Source of the DNA: Candidatus Woesearchaeota archaeon
GTDB taxonomy: Archaea; Nanobdellota; Nanobdellia; Woesearchaeales; GW2011-AR9
Assembly: GCA_018696595.1 (NCBI GenBank)
Contig: JABHQW010000008.1
Span: 38,484 to 102,483, forward strand
DNA length: 64,000 nt
Direction of reading: 5' to 3'
The notes beneath the pieces were generated by a model. That model made no database searches. It was given only the letters and a program-made list of their open reading frames with translations, and was not told the DNA's origin. This document shows positions 37,716-46,754 of the stretch, in pieces. A program made the translations under genes and the position numbers. Within the stretch, counting starts at the first letter, position 1, and each line of letters begins with the position of its first letter.

Positions 37716-39709
37716 ATTAATGGTTTCCACCACCATTCGTTATCCCTATACCAAGAAATAGTTTTATCCAAACCTTCCTCGAAGCTGATTTGTGGTCTCC
37801 AACCAAGCGCATAAAGTTTATCAACATTAACACTATACCTTTTATCATTGAATGGTCGGTCTCTTACAAAGGTAATATAAGAATCATCTTTTCCCACCTT
37901 ACTGATAATTAATTTTGTTAGTTCCAAGTTGGAGATTTCTTCATGGGTCCCAATGTTATAAGTTTCACCCACTATGCCACGTTCAAAAACAACATCTAAT
38001 GCTGAACAAAAGTCTTCAACATGAATATAAGTTCTAATATTTTTGCCGTCACCATGTAAAGGAACTTTTTGATCCTGTAAAAGTTGAGTTATAAAACAAG
38101 GAATTATTTTTTCTGGAAACTGGTGTGAACCATAATTATTATTACCCCTAACAATAATAATTGGTAAGTTGTATGCCGTACAATACCCTTTAACAATCAT
38201 CTCTGCAGCTGCTTTTGAAGCAGAGTAAGGATTCGTTGGATTTAACTTATCATCTTCTTTAAAACTGCCTTCTAAAATATCCCCATAAACTTCATCAGTA
38301 GAAACATGGATAATTCTCTTTATGTTACATTGGCGAGCCACTTCCATTAAAACATGTGTCCCATAAGTATTAGATTGAGTAAATATTAGTGAACTTTCAA
38401 AAGAATTGTCAACATGACTCTCGGCAGCTAAATGAATTAAACAATCAACACCTTGTAATAAATGAGCCAAAAAGTTAAAATCACAAATATCCCCCCGTAC
38501 AAAACTATAATTATCTTTATTATCAAGATCCTTTAAGCTATCTAAATTTCCGGCATATGTTAACTTATCAAAATTAATAAAATTGTGTTGTGGGTACTTG
38601 TTAACCATATAACGAATAAAATTACTTCCAATAAAACCAGCCCCACCAGTTATAACAATCTTCATTTTATTTTTTATTTTGTTTCCTAATTCATTTTTAA
38701 AACCATCAATCATTTGTCCTTCACCATCCAAAGAATTATTCTTTTTAATATTATCAAAACAAGCATTTTTATTATTGTGATTAATATATTTATTTTTTAA
38801 TCTTCCAATTCCTTCTTCTAAAAATATTTTTGGAGACCACCCGGTGATAGTTTTAATTTTTGTTATATCCATAACACAACTATCTAATTCAAACAACTTT
38901 TCTTTGTAAGCTAGCTCTTCAAATACAATGTTACTATTACTTTCACAAATAGAAATTATTTGTTTAGCAACATCCCTCATAATAACTCCTTCCCCAGAAC
39001 CAACATTAAATACTCCCGTTGATTTTAAATCAATAAGTCTTAGGAAAAGATTAGTTAAATCATCAATGTAAAGAAAATCTTTAAAATCATTTCCATCACC
39101 AAAGACATTAATATCTTGATTACTAATGGCTTTTTTTACGAAAATAGGAATTACATTGTTTGGTTCTCCCCGACAATCAAACCCATAAACACTAGAAACT
39201 CTTAATGAAATTATTTTCAAACCATAGATCTTATGATAATAATTGATATACTGTTCCGCAGTTTGTTTGTGTATTCCATAAAGTGAAAAAGGATTTTGAA
39301 AAAAATCCTCGTTAATCTTTTTATCTAAAGCCCCAGTTTTTCCAAATTGTGTCCGCGAACCAATAAATATATGATAACAATTTGGATTAACATTTTTGAT
39401 TGCTTCTAAAACATTTAATTCCCCTAAGCAATTAACTTTTAAACTATTGATAGCAATTTTATCTTCAACATGTTTATCTATTACTGCAGCTAAATTTATA
39501 ACAACATCATGATCTTTAATTAATCTCTCAACTAATAAGTAATCGGTGATAGACCCACTCACAAAATTAACTTTTTTAAAAAAAGCACAAGATTGAATTT
39601 TATTCTCATTATTAGCTAGAATAGTAATATGGTTTTCTTGTTCCAAAAGTGTTTTCACTAAGTTTAACCCAATAAAACCATTCCCTCCAATTATTAAAAT
39701 TCTTTTCAT
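37688..39709 (-). CDS. fused double SDR: NAD-dependent epimerase/dehydratase domain + dTDP-glucose 4,6-dehydratase (RmlB-like) domain
   Basis: Two Rossmann motifs (ILIIGGNGFIGLNL at the N-terminus; IVITGGAGFIGSNF from aa 349, nt 38665). Two YxxxK motifs (YGIHK, YSASK). No stop codon between the halves. Confidence 0.8.
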   Translation of the reverse strand: MKRILIIGGNGFIGLNLVKTLLEQENHITILANNENKIQSCAFFKKVNFVSGSITDYLLVERLIKDHDVVINLAAVIDKHVEDKIAINSLKVNCLGELNVLEAIKNVNPNCYHIFIGSRTQFGKTGALDKKINEDFFQNPFSLYGIHKQTAEQYINYYHKIYGLKIISLRVSSVYGFDCRGEPNNVIPIFVKKAISNQDINVFGDGNDFKDFLYIDDLTNLFLRLIDLKSTGVFNVGSGEGVIMRDVAKQIISICESNSNIVFEELAYKEKLFELDSCVMDITKIKTITGWSPKIFLEEGIGRLKNKYINHNNKNACFDNIKKNNSLDGEGQMIDGFKNELGNKIKNKMKIVITGGAGFIGSNFIRYMVNKYPQHNFINFDKLTYAGNLDSLKDLDNKDNYSFVRGDICDFNFLAHLLQGVDCLIHLAAESHVDNSFESSLIFTQSNTYGTHVLMEVARQCNIKRIIHVSTDEVYGDILEGSFKEDDKLNPTNPYSASKAAAEMIVKGYCTAYNLPIIIVRGNNNYGSHQFPEKIIPCFITQLLQDQKVPLHGDGKNIRTYIHVEDFCSALDVVFERGIVGETYNIGTHEEISNLELTKLIISKVGKDDSYITFVRDRPFNDKRYSVNVDKLYALGWRPQISFEEGLDKTISWYRDNEWWWKPLIQKRLSNLS

Positions 39710-39743
39710 TTTATGCCAAAAGTAAATTCTTTATTTTTATTCT

Positions 39744-41393
39744 TTATTTTTTATCTCTTTTTGCTATTATGGCATTAATTCTTTTATAATCTTCAAATGT
39801 ATGAATTTCAGTCCAACCTTTATTGACTTCTAAACAATCAACTTTGTGTCCTTGCTCAATTAACTTTTGAATAGCATAAGTAAAATCTTTGTTTTTCATT
39901 TCTTCATAATTCTCAGAATAGATTTGTTTTAGTAACTCGGTACCTTGTCCCGAAAACATTGCCATGCCAATAAATTCAAAATTTGCTTCATCCGGATCTA
40001 AATGTGAACCAATTTTAACAATTTCATTATGGTCATCAAAAGTTAATGATCTTTCACCTAGATAGGGGTCTCTTTTACCAACAACAAGATCTAACTTTTT
40101 ATTATACCGATTAGCATTTAATTTATATGAAGAATCAATCACTAAAGTAATATCTCCTTCTTTCTTAATTAATCTTTCAACAATGTCCTTATCAAAAAGA
40201 AGGTCAGAATAAAGCATTAGAATTTTTCCGTTCATTTTATCTTTAGCAGTCATGATTGAATGTAACGCTTTGGTGTTTTCATATTCAGAGTTATGATACT
40301 TATTAATTGCAGGAAGATTAATTTTTTCCCCACAATAGCCAGTAACTACACTAATATCATTAATCTTAAGAGAATTAAGAATCTCAATATTTCTTTGAAT
40401 AATTGGTTTGCCATTAATATCAAGTAAACAAAGAGGGGTATCTTTTAGGTATACATCATTGAGCTTAGGATCTATTGGCTTACCAGCGGCAGGAATAATA
40501 ACTTTAATCTCTTCAAAGTCTCCTTTAACATATTTCGTTTCATGGTCCTTCATTTCAAAAGTACCTTGAAGTTCAAACAATTCTTTTACTGGAATCAATT
40601 TTTCTGAGATTGTATGAATCCCTCCTTGTTCTTTTATTTCCTTAAGTGTTTCTTTAATAGAAGTTACTGCAGATCTAATCACATGATTAGCATAAATAAC
40701 CATCTTAACTTTAGGGTGATTTTTTATTTTATCCTCAGTCAAAGTGTAATAATTTGTAGGAACAATGACGATTGGAATATCTTCTTTCCACTCTTCAATA
40801 AACCTAATAACTTCTGCAGGATCACTTTGTTTAGAATGAATCATAATTGCATCTGCCCCTGCCTCAACATAAGCTTTGGCTCTTTTTTTTGCTTCTTCAT
40901 GACCCCATCCAGCAATGAGGGCTTCAACACGAGCAATAACCATGAAATCATCATCTCGTTGAGCATTTTTAGCAGCCATAATCTTTCCAGAGAACTCAGC
41001 AATAGATGCTAATTCTTGTTTCCCTCCAACTAAAAGGCTATTCTGTTTTGGAAACTTTTTATCTTCCATAATTACTCCTGCAATTCCGGCTGCCTCAAAT
41101 TTTTGAACCATCCGAATTACGTTAATAGAATTACCATAACCTTGATCAACATCAACAACAACGGGAATCGTAACTGCATCATTCATAGAAACTGCCGCAT
41201 CTAAATAGTCTGTCATAGTGAGAATATTAGCATCTGGAACAGCATGTGACGCCGAAACTTCTAAAGAAGAAGCCCAAACTCCTTCAAAGCCTGCTTTCTC
41301 GATTAATTTCGCAGTCAAACCATTATGAGCCCCAACTAAACGAAAGAACCCAGGAAGATTAAATAATTCACGCAATTTTTTTGATTTTTCCAT
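39744..41393 (-). CDS. pepM: phosphoenolpyruvate phosphomutase (PepM) fused to a C-terminal LicC/MobA-like nucleotidyltransferase domain
   Basis: N-terminal ~290 aa: FRLVGAHNGLTAKLIEKAGFEGVWASS, DVDQGYGN and the PepM-diagnostic EDKKFPKQNS (EDKx5NS, aa 110-119, nt 41037-41066). The C-terminal half is IIPAAGKP...LLDINGKPII...VVTGY...GWTEIHTFEDY. SD AGGTGA lies 5 nt upstream. Confidence 0.85.
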   Translation of the reverse strand: MEKSKKLRELFNLPGFFRLVGAHNGLTAKLIEKAGFEGVWASSLEVSASHAVPDANILTMTDYLDAAVSMNDAVTIPVVVDVDQGYGNSINVIRMVQKFEAAGIAGVIMEDKKFPKQNSLLVGGKQELASIAEFSGKIMAAKNAQRDDDFMVIARVEALIAGWGHEEAKKRAKAYVEAGADAIMIHSKQSDPAEVIRFIEEWKEDIPIVIVPTNYYTLTEDKIKNHPKVKMVIYANHVIRSAVTSIKETLKEIKEQGGIHTISEKLIPVKELFELQGTFEMKDHETKYVKGDFEEIKVIIPAAGKPIDPKLNDVYLKDTPLCLLDINGKPIIQRNIEILNSLKINDISVVTGYCGEKINLPAINKYHNSEYENTKALHSIMTAKDKMNGKILMLYSDLLFDKDIVERLIKKEGDITLVIDSSYKLNANRYNKKLDLVVGKRDPYLGERSLTFDDHNEIVKIGSHLDPDEANFEFIGMAMFSGQGTELLKQIYSENYEEMKNKDFTYAIQKLIEQGHKVDCLEVNKGWTEIHTFEDYKRINAIIAKRDKK

Positions 41394-41526
41394 AATTTCA
41401 CCTAATGCAAAAGCAGAATTGAAAACTTATAAAACTTATGAATTTGTCTTATTAATTAAGACTATTAATTAAAATATTAAATGAAAGTCTTCCCAAAAAA
41501 TAACAAAAATAACGTTAATCTTTACT

Positions 41527-41542
41527 CCATAGAATATATAAA
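41527..41542 (+). promoter_or_regulatory. promoter core CCATAGAATATATAAA
   Basis: Ends 23 nt before ATG 41565. An identical 16-mer lies at 46715-46730. Confidence 0.55.
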
Positions 41543-41564
41543 GGGACTACCTTAAATCAAATTT

Positions 41565-42620
41565 ATGAAAATCTTATTAGTCCATGAATTATTTATGCCC
41601 GACCAAGTTGGAGGGGGCGAAGTTTTAGTTTATGAATTAGCAAAAGGACTAATTAAGAAAGGTCACGAAGTCAAAGTCTTTACAACTGGAAAGCCAGAAA
41701 TTAAACAGTATGAGAATATCCCAACAGTTAGAATAAATATCAACAGATATTTGTTTAATTTTTCATTTCTAAAAATAAAGAAATTAGCTAAAGATTATGA
41801 TATCATTCAATCTTTTAGTTATAATGCTGCCTTCCCATCATATTTAGCTAGCAAACTTGGAAAAAAGCCAGTTATTTGTACCATCTTGGGAGTATACGGA
41901 AAAACTTGGAAGAAATTAAGAAAATTAAGTTTCTTTTGGAGAATGATGGAAAAAGTACAACTTAACAGAAAATTTAATGCCACTGTTTTCTTAAGCCCTC
42001 TCTCTCGTGAAATTGGTCATGAGATTGGGATGAAGATGGCCCCAAATTTTATAATTCCTTCAGGAGTTAATTTATCTAACACCCATCCCAATCTAAAAAA
42101 GGAGAAGTTTGTTCTTTTTGTAGGGAGGCTTTCAAAACAAAAAGGATTAGATTTACTTATTGATACAGCAGTTTTACTTCCAGAAATTAAGTTTGTTTTA
42201 GTAGGTGAAGGACCAGAAAAACAAAAGTTGCAACAAAAAGCAACGAAAAATGTTAGTTTTCTTCCTCCACAATACGGAGACAAATTGTTCAATCTATTTG
42301 GAAAAGCTCAGATTTTTTGTTTACCTTCTTACGCAGAAGGATTTCCAGTTGTTATAGTAGAAGCCATGGCCTCCGGTTGTGCCATTGTTTCAACTTTAGA
42401 TTATCCTTATCATGGCCAGTACGTACCAAATAGGTGTCCGAACGAACTAGCCACTACAATTGAGAAATTGTATAATAATGAAAAATTATTACAGAAATAT
42501 TCCAATAGCAATATTAAAGATTCTCGAGATTATACTTGGAATAACTTCGTTAATAAAACGGAACAAGTTTATCATTGGGTTCTAAATCAGAAAACATCAG
42601 AAAAAGAGATTGAAGATTAA
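41565..42620 (+). CDS. GT4 (group 1) glycosyltransferase
   Basis: MKILLVHELFMPDQVGGGEV and EX7E YAEGFPVVIVEAMASGCAIVST. Confidence 0.8.
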   Translation: MKILLVHELFMPDQVGGGEVLVYELAKGLIKKGHEVKVFTTGKPEIKQYENIPTVRININRYLFNFSFLKIKKLAKDYDIIQSFSYNAAFPSYLASKLGKKPVICTILGVYGKTWKKLRKLSFFWRMMEKVQLNRKFNATVFLSPLSREIGHEIGMKMAPNFIIPSGVNLSNTHPNLKKEKFVLFVGRLSKQKGLDLLIDTAVLLPEIKFVLVGEGPEKQKLQQKATKNVSFLPPQYGDKLFNLFGKAQIFCLPSYAEGFPVVIVEAMASGCAIVSTLDYPYHGQYVPNRCPNELATTIEKLYNNEKLLQKYSNSNIKDSRDYTWNNFVNKTEQVYHWVLNQKTSEKEIED

Positions 42621-42703
42621 TGCACAAGAATTATAAATGAATTATAACCATTAACTACCTATTAATTTAAAAAAATTAACGAGAATGGATTAATTAATTG
42701 AAA

Positions 42704-43825
42704 ATGATAAACCCAGCACAATTTTACGAACTTTTACAAACTAAAGAACTAACTATGTTTACCGGGGTGCCTGATTCTACCTTAAAACAATTATGTGCTT
42801 ACATCACAGATCATGTGCCTCCAGAAAGAAATATTATAACTGCAAATGAAGGTAATGCAATTGGTTTAGCAAGTGGGTATTACTTAAGCACAAACAACCC
42901 TGCCATCGTTTACATGCAAAATTCGGGATTGGGAAATTGTGTTAATCCCTTAACTTCTTTAACTGATGAAGATGTTTATTCTATTCCAATGTTATTGATT
43001 ATCGGCTGGAGAGGCGAACCAGGAAAAAAAGATGAACCGCAACATGTAAGAATGGGACAAATAACTCTGGAGATGTTGGATGTTCTAAAAATACCTTATT
43101 CTATTATTCCTGATACAATTGAAGAAACAGAAATAGAGGTTAGTAAAGCTGTTGTTCATATGAACAATCATAAAACACCTTATGCTCTTGTTGTAAGAAA
43201 AGGAACTTTCACGGAACATAAATTACAAAATACAAAAACAACAAATTATCCCCTTAATCGCGAACAAGCAATAAGGACCCTTGTTCCGTTATTAGAAGAA
43301 GATGCTATTATAGTTTCAACCACTGGAAAAACATCAAGAGAATTATTTGAATTTAGAGAAGAACTTCAACAAGGACACGAAAGAGATTTCTTAACTGTTG
43401 GTTCAATGGGCCATTCATCTTCAATTACTTTAGGAGTCGCCTTACAAAAACCAAAAAAGAAAGTATACTGTTTTGATGGTGATGGTGCGCTAATAATGCA
43501 CATGGGTGCCTTATCAACAATTGGCCAGTTACAACCAAAGAATCTGTGTCATATTGTATTGAATAATTTTGCACATGATTCGGTCGGGGGACAACCAACT
43601 GCTGCAGACAATATTGATATTCCGCAAGTTGCTCAAGCTAACGGATATAAGAAAGTGTTCTCGGCTCAAAGCGAAGAAGAGATTAGAGCTAAAATAAAAG
43701 AAATCCAACAACTAGAAGGGCCAACATTATTAGAAATTAAAGTAAACAAAGGGGCAAGAAAAGAATTAGGAAGACCCACTACAACACCAAAAGAGAACAA
43801 ATCTGAATTGATGAAGTATTTATAA
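42704..43825 (+). CDS. ppd: phosphonopyruvate decarboxylase (TPP-dependent; Ppd/Fom2/AepY family)
   Basis: ~373 aa single-chain TPP enzyme: FTGVPDSTLKQLCAYI, EGNAIGLASGYYLSTNNPAIVYMQNSGLGN, TPP motif FDGDGALIMHMGALSTIG...NN. It lies next to pepM. I chose ATG 42704; the track start at 42698 is TTG. Confidence 0.8.
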   Translation: MINPAQFYELLQTKELTMFTGVPDSTLKQLCAYITDHVPPERNIITANEGNAIGLASGYYLSTNNPAIVYMQNSGLGNCVNPLTSLTDEDVYSIPMLLIIGWRGEPGKKDEPQHVRMGQITLEMLDVLKIPYSIIPDTIEETEIEVSKAVVHMNNHKTPYALVVRKGTFTEHKLQNTKTTNYPLNREQAIRTLVPLLEEDAIIVSTTGKTSRELFEFREELQQGHERDFLTVGSMGHSSSITLGVALQKPKKKVYCFDGDGALIMHMGALSTIGQLQPKNLCHIVLNNFAHDSVGGQPTAADNIDIPQVAQANGYKKVFSAQSEEEIRAKIKEIQQLEGPTLLEIKVNKGARKELGRPTTTPKENKSELMKYL

Positions 43826-43907
43826 CTCATTCTCCTCGAAGGAAAATTTATTAAAATTTCTAACTAACTATACTCATAATTAAAAAGATTCAAAAAAGAC
43901 TCTTTAC

Positions 43908-44969
43908 TTAATTATCTTCCCAATCCTTTTTTGGAATTCTCCAGTCTTTTCCATAAACAAATTCGAGATGTTTTTCAGGATTAAAAGGGGCATGATACTC
44001 TTTCCCATAAAAATCTATTTTTCCTAATTGACTATAATGTTCTCTTAAAAACTTCCACTCAATGATTCTACAATCTTTTAGTGAAACTTTTTCCCATAAT
44101 AATTGAATTAATTTCCCTTTATAAGGAATAAAAGTAAATATAAATATCACTACATTAAAAAAACCTTTTAAAAACCAAGAAGGGATTCTTGAATCTTGTA
44201 GCTCTCCACCATGCCTTCTTATTAAAGTAATAAATGTATTTATTATCATCCTTCGCTTTTTTATGCCATCTCTAGCTGCCAACAACAACCAACCCAATAA
44301 CGCAGTAATTTTTGTTTTTTTCTTTAAACTTTTTGTTTGAAAAAAAACTAAATAGTCCTTTTTTTTCCTAAGAATATGAATATTAATATGTAATGAACCT
44401 TTCTTTCTAAATGTAATCATTCCACGATCAGCAAACCAACATACTTCAAACCCCTGATCTGATAGCTTATTAAGAGCATCTAGTAATGTATTTATATTAA
44501 TTTCTTCCCTCACCATACTAGTATCAATATCACAATCCCAAGATAATATTTTCTTATCCCTAACTGCTCCAAGAAGGGTACCACAATCTAATCTCCAAAT
44601 TAAGTTATGTTCTTCAAATACCTCTTTTATTTCTTCTAACGCTTTCACTGTTCCTTTTTCATGTGGGTTTTTTTCTTTTGAAGAAATTGTGGGCGTGTTC
44701 TTTCTAGAAATAACTTTTTCATTTAACTCCATTTGTATTTTTTGATTAATACTTTTATCTTTTATATTTCCAATTTTAGTTAAGTGTTTCCTAAAAGGAC
44801 CGAGATTTGTCCTAAATATTCTACAATTTAACCAAAGGTATCCTTTCTCTTTTGTAATAGTATACACATTTTCTCTGAAAGGGTCTAATGGTGGTGTAAA
44901 CCGAGTTGTTTTTACTATATCGCCAACTTTAAAAATTGTTTTTGTCATTTTCTTTATTATTCTCCACAT
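43908..44969 (-). CDS. LicD-family phosphotransferase with ~100-aa N-terminal extension
   Basis: LicD core LDCGTLLGAVRDKKILSWDCDIDTSM (DxD). A TATA-like ATTATAATTA lies 22-31 nt upstream. Confidence 0.7.
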   Translation of the reverse strand: MWRIIKKMTKTIFKVGDIVKTTRFTPPLDPFRENVYTITKEKGYLWLNCRIFRTNLGPFRKHLTKIGNIKDKSINQKIQMELNEKVISRKNTPTISSKEKNPHEKGTVKALEEIKEVFEEHNLIWRLDCGTLLGAVRDKKILSWDCDIDTSMVREEININTLLDALNKLSDQGFEVCWFADRGMITFRKKGSLHINIHILRKKKDYLVFFQTKSLKKKTKITALLGWLLLAARDGIKKRRMIINTFITLIRRHGGELQDSRIPSWFLKGFFNVVIFIFTFIPYKGKLIQLLWEKVSLKDCRIIEWKFLREHYSQLGKIDFYGKEYHAPFNPEKHLEFVYGKDWRIPKKDWEDN

Positions 44970-45019
44970 AGTTAATCAATAAAATCAAAGATTATAATTA
45001 CTAAGTAATTATAATTAAA

Positions 45020-46549
45020 TTATGTTTGTTTTATCCCCACAAAACCTATTCTTTCACCATACATCGCTTTTGCCCGAATTGGATCTCTTTTAAGTAACAA
45101 ATGATTAAGATCAAAGTTTTGTTTTTCTACCCAACATTCAAACTCTCCTGCACTTTTAAAACCGTCAACAGTTATATGGGAGTTTCTGAAAGTACCACTT
45201 TTTTTTACTTCTCCATCCCACCATAAATTTTCTTTTGTAACTTGTCGATAAAGCTCTGTTCCAGGAAGGGGATTCACAATGGCAACAGAATAACTATCTG
45301 CCCCACAACTAGCAGCAAACTTAATTGTTTCTTCCCTTTCTTCTCTTGTTTCGCCTGGAAAACCAACCATCCAAAAAGTATGAGTATACAACCCGGCATC
45401 AATAGCAGTTCTAATTGTTTGAGGAATAAGTTCTAAATCCAACCTTTTATTGGCCTGATCTAAAGTTTTTTGCACACCACTTTCACATGCTAAAGTGACT
45501 TGATAGCAACCCGAATCTGCCATTTTTTCAAATAATTCCTGATGCTTACCCTGGTGATAATCTACTCTGATTCCATTCGGCGGGCACCAAGGAATATTCA
45601 AGGGTTTCATTAGATCACATAATTCATTTAATTTTGAAAGGTCAGATGTTAGAGTATCGTCTTCAAACTGAACTTCTTGAATACCATGATTTTCAATAGC
45701 GTCTTTTATTTCTGCAACAATTTCTTGAGGGCTTCTCCACCTAACTTTTCTTCCCCAAGTAACGGGAGTAGTACAATAAGTACAACGTTCCGGACATCCC
45801 CTAGAAGCCATAACATTCAATACCCTTTTTCTTTCAGTATCTGCATTATGAAATAAACCAACATTAAAGTACCCTTCCATATTCATAAGATGCCTAGCGG
45901 GAGAAGGTAAATCTTGGAGATTAAGTGTTTCTCCAGATAAAGGATTAATTACTATTTTACCTGCTTCGGATGAAGAATTTTCTCTATGAACTAAACCGGG
46001 AATCAAACTATAATCACCACCAGTTAATAAACAATCAATTAAATGTGCAAATCTCAGTTCACTTTCTCCAACCATTGCAAAATCAATATTTTGATTATCC
46101 ATGAAAGCCAATTCTTTTTCTAGATTTGATTCTTGGTTTCTAGGATCATTGGCATAAAGATAATCTGACACACTATTAGTGATATAGTTTCCACCTACAA
46201 TAACTGGGAGATCTCTTTTAACCTCTTTTGTAATCCGAGCTAAGGCATGAGAGCCTTGAACAAGATTAGAAAAGAGTACAGAAATCCCAACAATGTCTGG
46301 ATTAATTTCTGAGATATATTTAGCAATATCAGTATCTGATTCTCCCACAATAACTATTCCCTTCTCCCCGGAGGATTCAGAATGGTGATAGCCTTCTAAT
46401 GCAGTATCACGAACATAAACGTCGTGGCCTTCTTTTTCAAGAACTGCCGCCAAATAACCCAAACCCAAAGGAGGTTGTATTCGGTTAACCCCTCCTTCAA
46501 TGCCCCTGATATTTGGAGAGAATAACAAAATCCTACTTTTATTTACCAT
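45020..46549 (-). CDS. cobalamin(B12)-binding radical SAM enzyme (class B methylase-like)
   Basis: N-terminal B12-binding Rossmann-like domain (ILLFSPN...PLGLGYLAAVLEKEGHDVYVRD...DIVGISV). Radical SAM cluster motif ASRGCPERCTYC (CxxxCxxC). Confidence 0.85.
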   Translation of the reverse strand: MVNKSRILLFSPNIRGIEGGVNRIQPPLGLGYLAAVLEKEGHDVYVRDTALEGYHHSESSGEKGIVIVGESDTDIAKYISEINPDIVGISVLFSNLVQGSHALARITKEVKRDLPVIVGGNYITNSVSDYLYANDPRNQESNLEKELAFMDNQNIDFAMVGESELRFAHLIDCLLTGGDYSLIPGLVHRENSSSEAGKIVINPLSGETLNLQDLPSPARHLMNMEGYFNVGLFHNADTERKRVLNVMASRGCPERCTYCTTPVTWGRKVRWRSPQEIVAEIKDAIENHGIQEVQFEDDTLTSDLSKLNELCDLMKPLNIPWCPPNGIRVDYHQGKHQELFEKMADSGCYQVTLACESGVQKTLDQANKRLDLELIPQTIRTAIDAGLYTHTFWMVGFPGETREEREETIKFAASCGADSYSVAIVNPLPGTELYRQVTKENLWWDGEVKKSGTFRNSHITVDGFKSAGEFECWVEKQNFDLNHLLLKRDPIRAKAMYGERIGFVGIKQT

Positions 46550-46714
46550 AAGTAATCTTCCTCTAAATCAATATCTAATAATTGTATTTTTTCGCATCAA
46601 GGGTCTTTTATAAAAGTTATGAATATGTAATGCAGTCAAAATCCTTTTATAAAGAACCCTAATGAATTAAATGTGGCCAAATCCACATTAGAATTATAAA
46701 AATGAATCGAAGAA

Positions 46715-46730
46715 CCATAGAATATATAAA
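46715..46730 (+). promoter_or_regulatory. promoter core CCATAGAATATATAAA
   Basis: Ends 25 nt before ATG 46755. Identical to 41527-41542. Confidence 0.55.
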
Positions 46731-46754
46731 TACTTTAATTTATTTAGTTGTTAA

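Noticed and set aside
38663-38665. Internal ATG as evidence that the double SDR is two genes.
   Set aside because: No stop codon separates the halves in this sequence, so it is reported as a fusion with a caveat.
46670-46689. Inverted repeat AATGTGG-N6-CCACATT in the divergent rSAM/fusion intergenic region, considered as an operator.
   Set aside because: It is only 7 bp per arm with no second copy found by eye. It is too short to distinguish from chance without comparative data.
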